Shown: in pieces, positions 9,661 to 18,604 of the stretch
How the letters are laid out: each line of letters opens with the position of its first letter
Position numbering within the stretch: position 1 is the first letter of the stretch
Origin: Gemmatimonadota bacterium
GTDB lineage: Bacteria > Gemmatimonadota > Gemmatimonadetes > Gemmatimonadales > GWC2-71-9
DNA: 64,000 nt
Assembly (NCBI GenBank): GCA_016713785.1
Contig: JADJOM010000002.1
Coordinates: 132,404-196,403 of the forward strand
Direction: 5' to 3'
Made by a program: the position numbers and the translations under genes
Notes under the pieces: model-generated
Databases searched by the model: none
What the model saw: the letters and a program-made list of their open reading frames with translations, nothing else
What the model was told of the DNA's origin: nothing

Positions 9661-11021
9661 CCCTGCCCCGTCGCGACTTCCTCGCCACCGGCGCCGCCGG
9701 GCTCGGCGCCCTGGGGCTTGGCCGCGGGTGGCCCGCCCTCGAGGGAATGGTCCGCGTCCTGCCAAGCGCTCCAGGTGACATGCGCTGGTGGCGCGAGGCG
9801 CGCTTCGGGATGTTCGTCCACTGGGGGCTCTACGCCATCCTCGGCGGCGAGTACGGCGGCCGCACCGACTACGGCGAGTGGATCCGCAACAACGCGCACA
9901 TCCCCCTCGCCGAGTACGACCGGCTGGTGGCCCGGTTCAACCCGTCGGGCTTCGACGCCAACCAGTGGGCGGCGCTCGCGCACGAGGCGGGGATGGGCTA
10001 CCTCACCATCACCACCAAGCACCACGACGGCTTTGCCCTCTTCGACTCCGCCCTCACCGATTTCTGCGTGCGCTCCACCCCGTTCAAGCGCGACATCATG
10101 CACGAGGTGGCCGCCGCCTGCCGCCGCCACGGCGTCCGTCCCTGCTGGTACCACTCCATCATGGACTGGCACCACCCCGACTACCTCCCGCGCCGCGACT
10201 GGGAGGCCGAGACCCGCTCGGCGGAGGGGGCGCGGTACGCCCGCTACGAGGCGTACCTGCACGGGCAGGTCAGCGAGCTGCTCACCCGCTACGGCGACAT
10301 CGGCGTGATGTGGTTCGACGGCCAGTGGGAGGGCACCTGGACCCAGGCGATGGGCCGGCGGCTCTACGACAAGTGCCGCGCGCTGCAGCCGGCGGTCATC
10401 GTGAACAACCGGGTCAACGGCTGGTCGGCCACCCCGGTGCCGCCCGAGGCGCAACTGGGTGACTTCCGCACCCCGGAGCAGGAGATCCCGGCCACCGGCT
10501 GGCCGGGCGTGGACTGGGAGTCGTGCATCACGATGAACCGTAACTGGGGCTACAACAGCCACGACCACGACTTCAAGTCCGTGGAGCAGCTGGTCGGGAT
10601 GCTGGTGGAGACGGCGTCGAAGGGCGGCAACCTGCTGCTCAACGTGGGGCCGAAGCCGGACGGGAGCTTCCCGGAGGAGAGCGTGGAGCGGCTCCGCGCC
10701 ATGGGCCGCTGGATGGCGGTGAACGGCGAGGCGATCCGCGGCACCAGCGCCTCGCCGTTTGCCCGGGCGCCGTTCCGCGCCACCAGCAAGCCCAGCCGCC
10801 TCTACCTCTTCCTCGGTGAGTGGCCGGGGGCGGAGCTGCGGGTGCCGGGCCTGCGCACCCCCATCCACCGCGCCACGCTGCTCGGCGATCCGGCGCGCGG
10901 CCCGCTGGCCTGGACCGCGGGGCCGGAGGGGATGACCGTGCAGCTGCCGGGCGCGCCGCCCGATGGCCCCTGGCCGGTGGTCCGGCTGGAGTTCGACCGG
11001 ACCCCCGAGGTGACCGGCTAG
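9657..11021 (+). CDS. alpha-L-fucosidase (GH29), TAT-exported
   Basis: GTG 9657 overlaps the kinase stop (GTGA). Twin-arginine signal LPRRDFLATGAAGLGALG. FGMFVHWGLYA and the following sequence are typical of GH29. Confidence 0.8.
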   Translation: MTLPRRDFLATGAAGLGALGLGRGWPALEGMVRVLPSAPGDMRWWREARFGMFVHWGLYAILGGEYGGRTDYGEWIRNNAHIPLAEYDRLVARFNPSGFDANQWAALAHEAGMGYLTITTKHHDGFALFDSALTDFCVRSTPFKRDIMHEVAAACRRHGVRPCWYHSIMDWHHPDYLPRRDWEAETRSAEGARYARYEAYLHGQVSELLTRYGDIGVMWFDGQWEGTWTQAMGRRLYDKCRALQPAVIVNNRVNGWSATPVPPEAQLGDFRTPEQEIPATGWPGVDWESCITMNRNWGYNSHDHDFKSVEQLVGMLVETASKGGNLLLNVGPKPDGSFPEESVERLRAMGRWMAVNGEAIRGTSASPFARAPFRATSKPSRLYLFLGEWPGAELRVPGLRTPIHRATLLGDPARGPLAWTAGPEGMTVQLPGAPPDGPWPVVRLEFDRTPEVTG

Positions 11022-11025
11022 GCCG

Positions 11026-12015
11026 CTAGGCGTCCATCACGTCGGGGAAGAGCCGGGCCGCACAGACCGGGCAGAGCGAGTGGGAGCATTCGATCCCCGC
11101 CGTGTGCCAGAGGTACTCCTCGATCGGCCGCCACTCGCCCACCGCCGTGCGGGTCTTCTTGCACTGGGCGCAGATGGGCACCAGTCCCTGCAGCACACCG
11201 CCGGCCCCGGCGCGCTCCATGGCCTTCCGCCGCACCGCCGTCACGTCGCTGAACGACACCACCACCTGGGTGGCGCGCCCGTCGCCGCCGACCGCGGGGA
11301 TCGCGTTGACCACCAGCCAGGTGATGCCGCCGGCCGCGGAGGTCACCCCCACCACCCGGTCCCACACCGGGCGCGCGGTCTGCAGCGCCACCATGGCGGG
11401 GTGATCCGAGGGCGGCACCGGGCGTTCATCCTCGCCCAGCAGCAGCCAGTATGGATTGAAGGAGGTGAGCCCCTGGAGTTGCCCCTCGCTCGCGCCGAGC
11501 AGCTCGCGCGCCGCCCGGTTGGCGAGCACGATGCCGGCATCCGCCGCATGCACCACCACGCCCACGGCCAGGCCGTCGAGTACCGCGCGGTAGCGGGCCT
11601 CGCTCTCGCGCAGCCGCTCCTCCGCCAGCCGGCGCCGGGTCACGTCGCGGGTCACCGAGTGGATCTCCTGCACCTCGCCGGTGCCCGGGTCGCGGATGGC
11701 CCGCACCGAACACTCGAACCAGAGGTATGTGCCGTCCTTGGCCCGCAGCCGATGGGTGATGACGGTGGAGACGCCCGACTGGCGCAGCGCCTCGTGGGCC
11801 TGCTGCGCGAGCCCCAGCTCGTCGGGGTGGAACAGGTCGAAGACGGGCCGTCCCACCAGCTCAGCGGGTTCGTAGCCGAGCAGGCGCGCCGCGGCGGGAG
11901 AGGCGTACCGGTACACCCCGTCCGGCGCGTGGCAGGAGAGCAGGTCCCCGGCCGACTCGGCCAGGCTGCGCAGGCCGGCGTCGTCCGGAGTGTGGGCTGA
12001 CAATGCGGTCGTCAT
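11026..12015 (-). CDS. tandem PAS-domain sensor protein with C-terminal four-Cys module
   Basis: Two PAS-like repeats. C-terminus reads CAQCKK...W..IEEY...CSHSLCPVC. No kinase, GGDEF or HTH output domain. Confidence 0.85.
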   Translation of the reverse strand: MTTALSAHTPDDAGLRSLAESAGDLLSCHAPDGVYRYASPAAARLLGYEPAELVGRPVFDLFHPDELGLAQQAHEALRQSGVSTVITHRLRAKDGTYLWFECSVRAIRDPGTGEVQEIHSVTRDVTRRRLAEERLRESEARYRAVLDGLAVGVVVHAADAGIVLANRAARELLGASEGQLQGLTSFNPYWLLLGEDERPVPPSDHPAMVALQTARPVWDRVVGVTSAAGGITWLVVNAIPAVGGDGRATQVVVSFSDVTAVRRKAMERAGAGGVLQGLVPICAQCKKTRTAVGEWRPIEEYLWHTAGIECSHSLCPVCAARLFPDVMDA

Positions 12016-12199
12016 GGCGGGCGCCCTCAGGGGGAGAGGCCAGTCCGTGGTGGGAGAACCTACCGGACCAACGTAGGACCGCCTGACAGGCAGCGCAATA
12101 CGGCCCGCGACAGCGAGGGATCACCGTGAAGGGATCTTCGCCGACCGGGCCGATTCGATGAAGGCTCCTTGCCTGCGCTCGCGCTCGAACCCGCACGAC

Positions 12200-12440
12200 G
12201 GCCCCGGACACCCGCCCCGGCGTGCCGGTGCTGATGGGCACCACGGCTTGCCATCCGGGTCGTATGGGCTGACCTACGCCGCGTCGTGCCGCCGATGACG
12301 CTGCCGTTCTGGATCATGTCCACTTCGATCGAGAGGTCCTGCCCCGTGCCACCCTGCAGAAAGCCCACCGGGGGCGGATTCCAGATCCACGCACGGCGCA
12401 AGACGACATCAGGATGCTCCAGGCCGCAATAGGGGATGCG
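12200..12440 (-). pseudogene. possible relic of a phage-tail-collar (MdpB-like) domain gene
   Basis: One frame reads IPYCG..PPVGFLQGGTGQDLSI..VIGGTT..SAHTT..SRGA..HAGAGV. This parallels the remembered collar pattern PYIGEI..AP.GW..C.GQ.LSI..LlGTtYGGdG.TTF.LPDLRGR..H.GqGPG. Key residues are lost and there is no nearby start codon. Confidence 0.25.
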
Positions 12441-12637
12441 GTGGTGCGCTGACCCTGATGTTGGCACACAGCATGACGAATGAAGCACTGTCTCATAAAG
12501 CACTGCACAACAGTAAGTTAGCGAGCGCGCCAGAGCAGGCGGGAAACCTGAATTTCCGCGCCGGGCCCGGCACTTCTCCTGTTGGGCTGGCCCGGTCACC
12601 GGGCGGCGGTAGATTCGCTGCACCCCGAGGAGAGCCC

Positions 12638-14380
12638 ATGTCCCGATCCACCGCCCGCTGGCTGCTCGCGCTGCTCCTGCTTCCGACCATCCCGGCCGCG
12701 GGGCAGGCCCGCCTGGCGCCCGCCGGACCCCGCTTCGAGGTGACCTTTCCCGCCGCCCGCAGCGTCACGGCGCTCGACGGCCGCCTGCTCCTCATGCTGA
12801 GCACCGACAGCAGCACCGAGCCCCGCTTCCAGGTGGGCGACCAGGAAGACACCCAGCTGATCTTCGGCATCGACGTGGAGAGCTGGCTTCCGGGGAAGCC
12901 GCGCACCGTGGACGCGCGCGCGCCCGGCTACCCCGTGGCGCGGCTCACCGACCTCCCCGCCGGGCGGTACCGGGTGCAGGCGCTCCTCAACCGCTACGAG
13001 ACCTTCCGTCGCGCCGATGGCCACGTGGTGAAGCTCCCCCCCGATCGCGGCGAGGGGCAGCAGTGGAACAGCAAGCCCGGGAACCTCTACAGCGCGCCGC
13101 GCTGGATCACCCTCGATCCGCGCCGGCCCGAGACCTTCCGCGTGGCGCTGGCGGAGGAGATCCCGCCCGTCGCCCCGCCGGCCGACACGAAGTACGTACG
13201 CCACGAGCGCATCCAGTCGAAGCTGCTCTCCGACTTCTGGGGCAAGCCGATGTACCTCGGCGCCCACGTGCTGCTCCCCGCCGGGTTCGACGAGCACCCC
13301 GACGCCCGCTACCCGCTGTTCATCGATCACGGGCACTTCCCCGCCGACTTCGAGCCGTGGCGCGAGACCCCGCCCGACCCGAACCTCGCCCCCGACTACA
13401 GCGCGCGCTTCGACCTGCACGGCTACAACCGGATCCAGCAGGAGTACGCGCACCAGTTCTACAAGGACTGGACCGGCCCAGGCTTCCCCCGCGTGCTGCT
13501 GATCCAGATCCAGCACCCCACGCCGTACTACGACGACTCCTACGCCGTGAACTCCGCCGCCAACGGTCCCTACGGCGACGCGATCATGCGCGAGCTGGTG
13601 CCCTACCTGGAGCGGAAGTACCGCGGCCTCGGGCAGGGGTGGGCCCGCTTTGCCTACGGCGGTTCCACCGGCGGGTGGGAGGCGATGGCGGTGCAGATGT
13701 TCTATCCCGACGAGTTCAACGGGGCCTGGGCCGCCTGCCCCGACCCCATCGACTTCCGGCAGTACATGACGATCAACATCTACGCCGACAGCAACGCCTA
13801 CCGGAGCGGCGGGCCGTGGAAGTGGGTGGAGCGGCCCGGGCACCGGAACTACCTGGGGCACGTCCAGACCACCGTGCGGCAGATGAACCAGCTGGAACAC
13901 GTGCTGGCCAGCCGCGGGCGCTCCGGCGGGCAGTGGGACATCTGGCAGGCCGTCTACTCCCCCCTCGACGCCGCCGGCTACCCGGCGCCCATCTGGGACA
14001 AGGTCACCGGCCGCATCAACCCGTCGGTCGCGGACTACTGGCGCGAGCACTTCGACCTGGGCCACATCCTGGCCCGGGACTGGTCCACCCTGGGGCCGAA
14101 GATCAACGGCAAGCTCCACATCTATGTGGGCGAGGGCGACAACTACTTCCTCAACAACGCCGTCTACCTGGTGGAACGGCGGCTCCGCGACCTGGGCAGC
14201 CCGGCGCCCGACATCGAGGTGGACTACGAGCCGCGCGCCGAGCACTGCTGGAACGGCGACCATACCCGCCCCAACGCCTACAGCCGCCTGCGCTACGCCC
14301 AGATGTTCATCCCGCGGGCCATGGACCAGATCCGCAAGCGCCACCCGGCGTGGGCGGACACCCTGAGCTGGCGGTACTAG
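12638..14380 (+). CDS. secreted alpha/beta hydrolase, putative-esterase family
   Basis: ATG 12638 gives signal peptide MSRSTARWLLALLLLPTIPAAGQA. The segment GDAIMRELVPYLERKY..FAYGGSTGGWEAMAVQMFYPDEF matches the esterase pattern around the nucleophile elbow. Confidence 0.7.
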   Translation: MSRSTARWLLALLLLPTIPAAGQARLAPAGPRFEVTFPAARSVTALDGRLLLMLSTDSSTEPRFQVGDQEDTQLIFGIDVESWLPGKPRTVDARAPGYPVARLTDLPAGRYRVQALLNRYETFRRADGHVVKLPPDRGEGQQWNSKPGNLYSAPRWITLDPRRPETFRVALAEEIPPVAPPADTKYVRHERIQSKLLSDFWGKPMYLGAHVLLPAGFDEHPDARYPLFIDHGHFPADFEPWRETPPDPNLAPDYSARFDLHGYNRIQQEYAHQFYKDWTGPGFPRVLLIQIQHPTPYYDDSYAVNSAANGPYGDAIMRELVPYLERKYRGLGQGWARFAYGGSTGGWEAMAVQMFYPDEFNGAWAACPDPIDFRQYMTINIYADSNAYRSGGPWKWVERPGHRNYLGHVQTTVRQMNQLEHVLASRGRSGGQWDIWQAVYSPLDAAGYPAPIWDKVTGRINPSVADYWREHFDLGHILARDWSTLGPKINGKLHIYVGEGDNYFLNNAVYLVERRLRDLGSPAPDIEVDYEPRAEHCWNGDHTRPNAYSRLRYAQMFIPRAMDQIRKRHPAWADTLSWRY

Positions 14381-14382
14381 GC

Positions 14383-15270
14383 ATGTCCCTGGACGCGGAA
14401 TCCCTGATCCGGCAGCTCGAGGCCACCGGCGACTACCGGGTGCTGCGCCGCTTCGCGCCGCGCGAGCGCTACGGTGAGGCGGGGCCGGGCGGCGTGCGGC
14501 AGGGGCTGGTGGTCGATGTGGAGACCACCGGCCTCGACCCGGTGGCCGATGCGATCATCGAGCTCGCCGCGGTGCCGTTCACCTTCAGCCCCGCCGATGG
14601 CGTGGTGATCGCCGTGGAGCCGCCGGCCACCTGGCTCGAGGACCCGGGTCGCCCCATCCCCCGCGAGGTGGTGGAGCTGACGGGCATCACCCAGGAGATG
14701 GTGACGGGGCAGCGGATCGATGACGCCGCCGCCACCGCGCTGGTGGAGCGCGCCGACCTGGTCATCGCCCACAATGCCGCCTTCGACCGCAGGTTCCTCA
14801 ACCGGCGGCTGCCGGCGTGCGCCCAGAAGCCCTGGGCCTGCTCCCAGCGCGAGATCCCCTGGAAGCGGGAGGTCGGCGCGTCGGCGGCGCTCGAGTTCCT
14901 GCTGGTCAAGCACGCCGGGATGTTCTTCCAGGGCCACCGCGCCGCGGTGGACTGCCAGGCGCTGGTCCACCTGCTGGCCACCCCCCTCGCCTCGGGGGGC
15001 ACCCCGCTCCGCTGGCTGCTCGAGAGCGCCCGCCGCACCACCGCGCGCATCTGGGCGGTGGACGCGCCCTACGACGCCAAGGACGCCCTCAAGACCCGTG
15101 GCTACAGCTGGAACGGCGGTGGCGACGGCCGGCCCAAGGCCTGGTTCCGTGAGGTGCCCAAGGAGGATCTCGAGGCCGAGAAGGCCTGGCTGGCCGCCAA
15201 CGCCTACGGCGGCCGCCCCGGGAATCCCCGGGTGGACCCGCTCACCGCGAAGACCCGCTACTCCGAGTGA
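14383..15270 (+). CDS. DEDDh 3'-5' exonuclease (DnaQ-like) with extra C-terminal domain
   Basis: Exo motifs VVDVETTGLD, IAHNAAFDRRFL and HRAAVDCQAL. C-terminal segment AKDALKTRGYSWNGG..KAWFREV. Confidence 0.85.
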   Translation: MSLDAESLIRQLEATGDYRVLRRFAPRERYGEAGPGGVRQGLVVDVETTGLDPVADAIIELAAVPFTFSPADGVVIAVEPPATWLEDPGRPIPREVVELTGITQEMVTGQRIDDAAATALVERADLVIAHNAAFDRRFLNRRLPACAQKPWACSQREIPWKREVGASAALEFLLVKHAGMFFQGHRAAVDCQALVHLLATPLASGGTPLRWLLESARRTTARIWAVDAPYDAKDALKTRGYSWNGGGDGRPKAWFREVPKEDLEAEKAWLAANAYGGRPGNPRVDPLTAKTRYSE

Positions 15271-16532
15271 CCGCCGATCCCCTGGAGCAGGTCTTCGACC
15301 TGCTGGCCGACGGCCGCGAGGCCGAGGCGCACGCGCAGCTCGACCTCCTGATCCGGGAGGAGCCGTGGAACGGGCCGCTGCACGCCATCCGCGCCCTGCT
15401 GCGGGTGGACCAGGGCCGCCTGGACGACGCGGCGCGCGATGCCGCCACCGGCGTGGAGCTGGCGGAGGACAACGGCTTCAGCCACTACGCCGTGGCGGCG
15501 GTGGCGCTGGCCCGGGAGGAGTATCCCGCCGCCATCACCGCGGCGCGGGAAGCCCAGCGGCTCGCCGCGGGCTACCTCGAGGCCGCGCTCCTCGAGGCGC
15601 GCGCCCAGGCGGCGGCCGGGCGCTGGCCGGAGGCGGTGGAGCTCACCCGCCAGGTCCTCGAGCAGGAGCCGGACAACGACGAGGCGGCGCTGCTGCACAC
15701 GCTCGCCGCCGGCGCGGTGCGGGGCGGGGGCCTCGACCGCGAGGCCTGGCGCGCGCTCGCCGACCGGTTCCCGCTCAACCCGGTGGCGCGCGCCGGCGCC
15801 GGCTGGACCCGGCTCAGTGCGGGGCACTACAAGGACGCGCGGGTGGAGTTCGAGCAGGCCCTCGCCATCGACCCGTCGCTGCCGTGGGCGCGCGAGGGGC
15901 TGCTCGTCGCCCTCAAGGCCCGCAACCCCGTCTACGCCCTCCTGCTCCGCGCCTTCACCTGGCTGGGCCGCTTCCCGGTGCGCACCCGCCGGCTGCTGCT
16001 CCTCGCCGGCTTCCTCGGGTACAACCTGCTGCGCCGCGTGGTCGGCGATCACCCCGCCCTGGGCTGGGTCATCTGGCCGCTCCTTGCGGTGTACATCGCC
16101 TTCGTGGTGCTCAGCTGGCTGGCCGACCCGCTGCTCAACCTCGTCCTCCTCGCCGGGCGCGAGGGGCGGCAGCTGCTCGGCCGCGACGAGCGCCACGCCG
16201 CACTCCTCGTGGGCGGCTGCCTCGGCCTGGGTGTGGCACTCGGGATCGCGGCGGCGATCACCGGCTGGGACGGCGGCTACCTGAGCGCGCTGGGCGTCGG
16301 GTTCACCAGCTTTGCCGTGGCCGCCGCGTGGAACCGCGCCGGCCGCCGTCGCGCCTTCCTCCAGGGCGTCACCGCCGTGGCCTTCCTGGCGGCCATCGGC
16401 AGCGGCCTCGTCGCCTCACCATGGGCGGAGGGGCTCTTCCTGCTCACCATCCTCGGCATCGCCATCACCACCTGGACCAGCAGCCTCGCTGGTGAGGGCC
16501 CCGCCGAGGCCCACGAGCGTGCGGCACCCTGA
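15267..16532 (+). CDS. TPR-repeat protein with C-terminal multi-pass membrane domain
   Basis: GTG 15267 overlaps the exonuclease stop (GTGA). The N-terminal half is helical and TPR-like. The C-terminal half has about five hydrophobic helices. Confidence 0.7.
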   Translation: MTADPLEQVFDLLADGREAEAHAQLDLLIREEPWNGPLHAIRALLRVDQGRLDDAARDAATGVELAEDNGFSHYAVAAVALAREEYPAAITAAREAQRLAAGYLEAALLEARAQAAAGRWPEAVELTRQVLEQEPDNDEAALLHTLAAGAVRGGGLDREAWRALADRFPLNPVARAGAGWTRLSAGHYKDARVEFEQALAIDPSLPWAREGLLVALKARNPVYALLLRAFTWLGRFPVRTRRLLLLAGFLGYNLLRRVVGDHPALGWVIWPLLAVYIAFVVLSWLADPLLNLVLLAGREGRQLLGRDERHAALLVGGCLGLGVALGIAAAITGWDGGYLSALGVGFTSFAVAAAWNRAGRRRAFLQGVTAVAFLAAIGSGLVASPWAEGLFLLTILGIAITTWTSSLAGEGPAEAHERAAP

Positions 16533-16578
16533 GGCCCCACCCGTGCCGGCCGGCATCCCCAATCAGCTATCATTCGCC

Positions 16579-17676
16579 ATGCATCCCGATACCCGCATCC
16601 TCCACGCCGGGTACCCGTCCAACCGGACGCCCGGCCCGTACCTCCCCGGCCCCGCCTTCGCGGGTACCTACGTGGCGCCGGGCGATCCCGCCCAGCACCC
16701 GCTCACCTACGGCCGGTTCCACAACCCCACCTGGCTCGCGTGGGAAGCCGCACTGGCGGAGCTCGATGGCGGCGAGGCGATCGCCTTTGCCTCCGGGATG
16801 GCGGCGGTCTCCGCGGTGTTCGGCGTGGTGCTCCAGCCCGGTGACACGCTGGTGCTCCCCACCGACTGCTACTACACCACCCGCATCCTCGCCCGGGACT
16901 GGCTGCCGAAGCTCGGCATCACCGTGCGCACCGCCTCTACCCGCGCCGACGCCCTCGGCGCGCACCTGGCGGGCGCGCGGCTCCTCTGGCTCGAGACGCC
17001 CTCCAACCCCGAGCTCGAGGTCTGCGACATCGCGGCGCTGGCCACGGCCGCGCGGCGCGAGGGGTGCCTCGTGGCGGTGGACAACACCACCGCGACCGCC
17101 TTCCTGCAGGACCCGCTCGCGCTGGGCGCCGACATCACCATGGCCTCCGACACCAAGGCGCTCACCGGCCACGCCGACGTCACGCTGGGCCACCTGAGCA
17201 CCCGCGACGCCGAACTCGCGACGAGGCTCCGCACCTGGCGCACCCAGCACGGCGCCACCCCGGGACCGATGGAGGTGTGGCTGGCGCATCGCTCGCTGGC
17301 CACCCTGCCGCTCCGTCAGGCGCGCCAGTGCGCCACCGCGCTCGCGCTCGCGGAGCGGCTCGCGACGCGGCGGGACGTGGCGCGGGTCTGCTACCCCGGG
17401 CTGGCCTCGCACCCGGGGCACGAAGTGGCCAAGCGGCAGATGCGCGCCTACGGCTCGGTGCTGAGCTTCGACCTGGTCACCCAGGAGCGGGCCGAGCGGT
17501 TCCTCGGGAGCCTGACGCTGGTGCGGGAAGCCACCAGCTTCGGGAGCGTCCACTCGAGCGCCGAGCGCCGCGCCCGCTGGGGCGGCGACGCGGTGAGCGA
17601 GGGGTTCATCCGGTTCTCCTGCGGCACCGAGTACCCGGACGACCTGATCGCCGACGTCGAGCAGGCGCTGGGGTAG
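16579..17676 (+). CDS. Cys/Met-metabolism PLP-dependent enzyme (cystathionine gamma-synthase/lyase family)
   Basis: MHPDTRILHAG start. PLP-lysine motif SDTKALTGHAD. Family-typical C-terminus IRFSCGTE. Confidence 0.9.
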   Translation: MHPDTRILHAGYPSNRTPGPYLPGPAFAGTYVAPGDPAQHPLTYGRFHNPTWLAWEAALAELDGGEAIAFASGMAAVSAVFGVVLQPGDTLVLPTDCYYTTRILARDWLPKLGITVRTASTRADALGAHLAGARLLWLETPSNPELEVCDIAALATAARREGCLVAVDNTTATAFLQDPLALGADITMASDTKALTGHADVTLGHLSTRDAELATRLRTWRTQHGATPGPMEVWLAHRSLATLPLRQARQCATALALAERLATRRDVARVCYPGLASHPGHEVAKRQMRAYGSVLSFDLVTQERAERFLGSLTLVREATSFGSVHSSAERRARWGGDAVSEGFIRFSCGTEYPDDLIADVEQALG

Positions 17677-17785
17677 GGCGGTAGGGCGGTAGGGCGGTAG
17701 GGCGGTAGGGCGGTAGGGCGGTAGGGCGGTAGGGCGGTAGGGCGGTAGGGCGGTAGGGCGGTAGGGCGGTAGGGCGGTAGGGCGG
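17669..17785 (+). repeat. 8-bp microsatellite (GGCGGTAG)n, 13 perfect copies plus degenerate ends
   Basis: Read directly. The TAG at 17674-17676 that stops the PLP enzyme belongs to the first (degenerate) unit. Confidence 0.95.
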
Positions 17786-17980
17786 AACGAGCGACCTCCC
17801 CCGGCTCCCAGAAGTTCCCGCTTCCCGCCGCTCGCGGCTGAAGCCGCGGCTCGGCATCCATCGCTGAAGCGAGGCATGACGGGCCCCTGCCAGCGCCGGA
17901 ACCGCGAAGATCAGGCGCTTCAGCGCCTGCCGCCGAGCCGCGAGTTTACTCGCGAGCCCGCGGCACCGCACTCCCCTCGC

Positions 17981-18036
17981 CTTCCCTTTTCCCCCTTCCC
18001 GCTTCCCGCTTCCCGCTTCCCGCTTCCCGCTTCCCG
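17981..18036 (-). repeat. 7-bp microsatellite, (GCGGGAA)6 on the minus strand, plus degenerate copies
   Basis: Plus strand shows cttcccg x6 at 17995-18036. The array starts 5 nt after the stop of the minus-strand gene ending at 18042, in that gene's sense orientation. Confidence 0.9.
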
Positions 18037-18041
18037 CAACG

Positions 18042-18515
18042 CTAGTCACAGTCGAAGCACCGCTCCACCCGCGCCATGAAGCACCCCGCCTCCGCATTCC
18101 GCAGGTGCACGAACGCCGCGGTCGTCTCGCGGAACACCCCCTCGATCACCGCCTCGGCCGCACTCTCACCCACCCACTCCTGCGCCACGAGGCGCCCGCC
18201 GTCGGCGTATCCCTCGACCACCAGGGGCAGGCCGCGGAAGTCGGGCGGGAAGTCGAGCGCGTCGTAGCGCGCGCAGCCATCGGCGTGGATGAAGACCGGC
18301 CCGGGCGCGGGCAGGCTGCCCGGCGCGAACGGCTGGTAGGTGAACAGCAGCCGGTCTTCCTGCCCCACGTGGAAGGTGCGCAGGCAGTGACGGCAGGGGC
18401 CGTAGCCCCGCGCCGGCTCACGATGCGCGGGGTGGCCGTACTGGGGGGATCGGAGGGTGGCGCGGACGTCGTCCGCGATCTGGCTGGCGAGTCCTGCGTA
18501 CCGGAAGGCCGGCAT
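18042..18515 (-). CDS. DUF1203-like protein
   Basis: MPAFRYAGL...GYGPCRHCL...PGPVFIH matches my memory of DUF1203. ATG 18515 has GGGAG 5-6 nt upstream. Alternative ATG at 18548. Confidence 0.7.
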   Translation of the reverse strand: MPAFRYAGLASQIADDVRATLRSPQYGHPAHREPARGYGPCRHCLRTFHVGQEDRLLFTYQPFAPGSLPAPGPVFIHADGCARYDALDFPPDFRGLPLVVEGYADGGRLVAQEWVGESAAEAVIEGVFRETTAAFVHLRNAEAGCFMARVERCFDCD

Positions 18516-18604
18516 GTTTGCTCCCATCGAGGTGATGGGAGCGAACATAGGACCGTGACGTCGGGACGACTATCCGCCGCGTGCGGTCAAACTGGACCGC
18601 CGGG

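Noticed and set aside
12190-12440. My first reading of the tail-collar relic as a multiply frameshifted gene spread over three frames.
   Set aside because: On re-translation, all the similar segments lie in one frame (that of ORF 12060-12623). The relic is diverged, not frameshifted.
16570-17877. Minus-strand ORFs reading PTALPPYR repeats through the 8-mer arrays (also 17448-17861, 17606-18097, 20430-20633).
   Set aside because: The peptide repeat is just the stop-free complementary strand of (GGCGGTAG)n. The flanking parts run antisense to a well-supported PLP enzyme gene.
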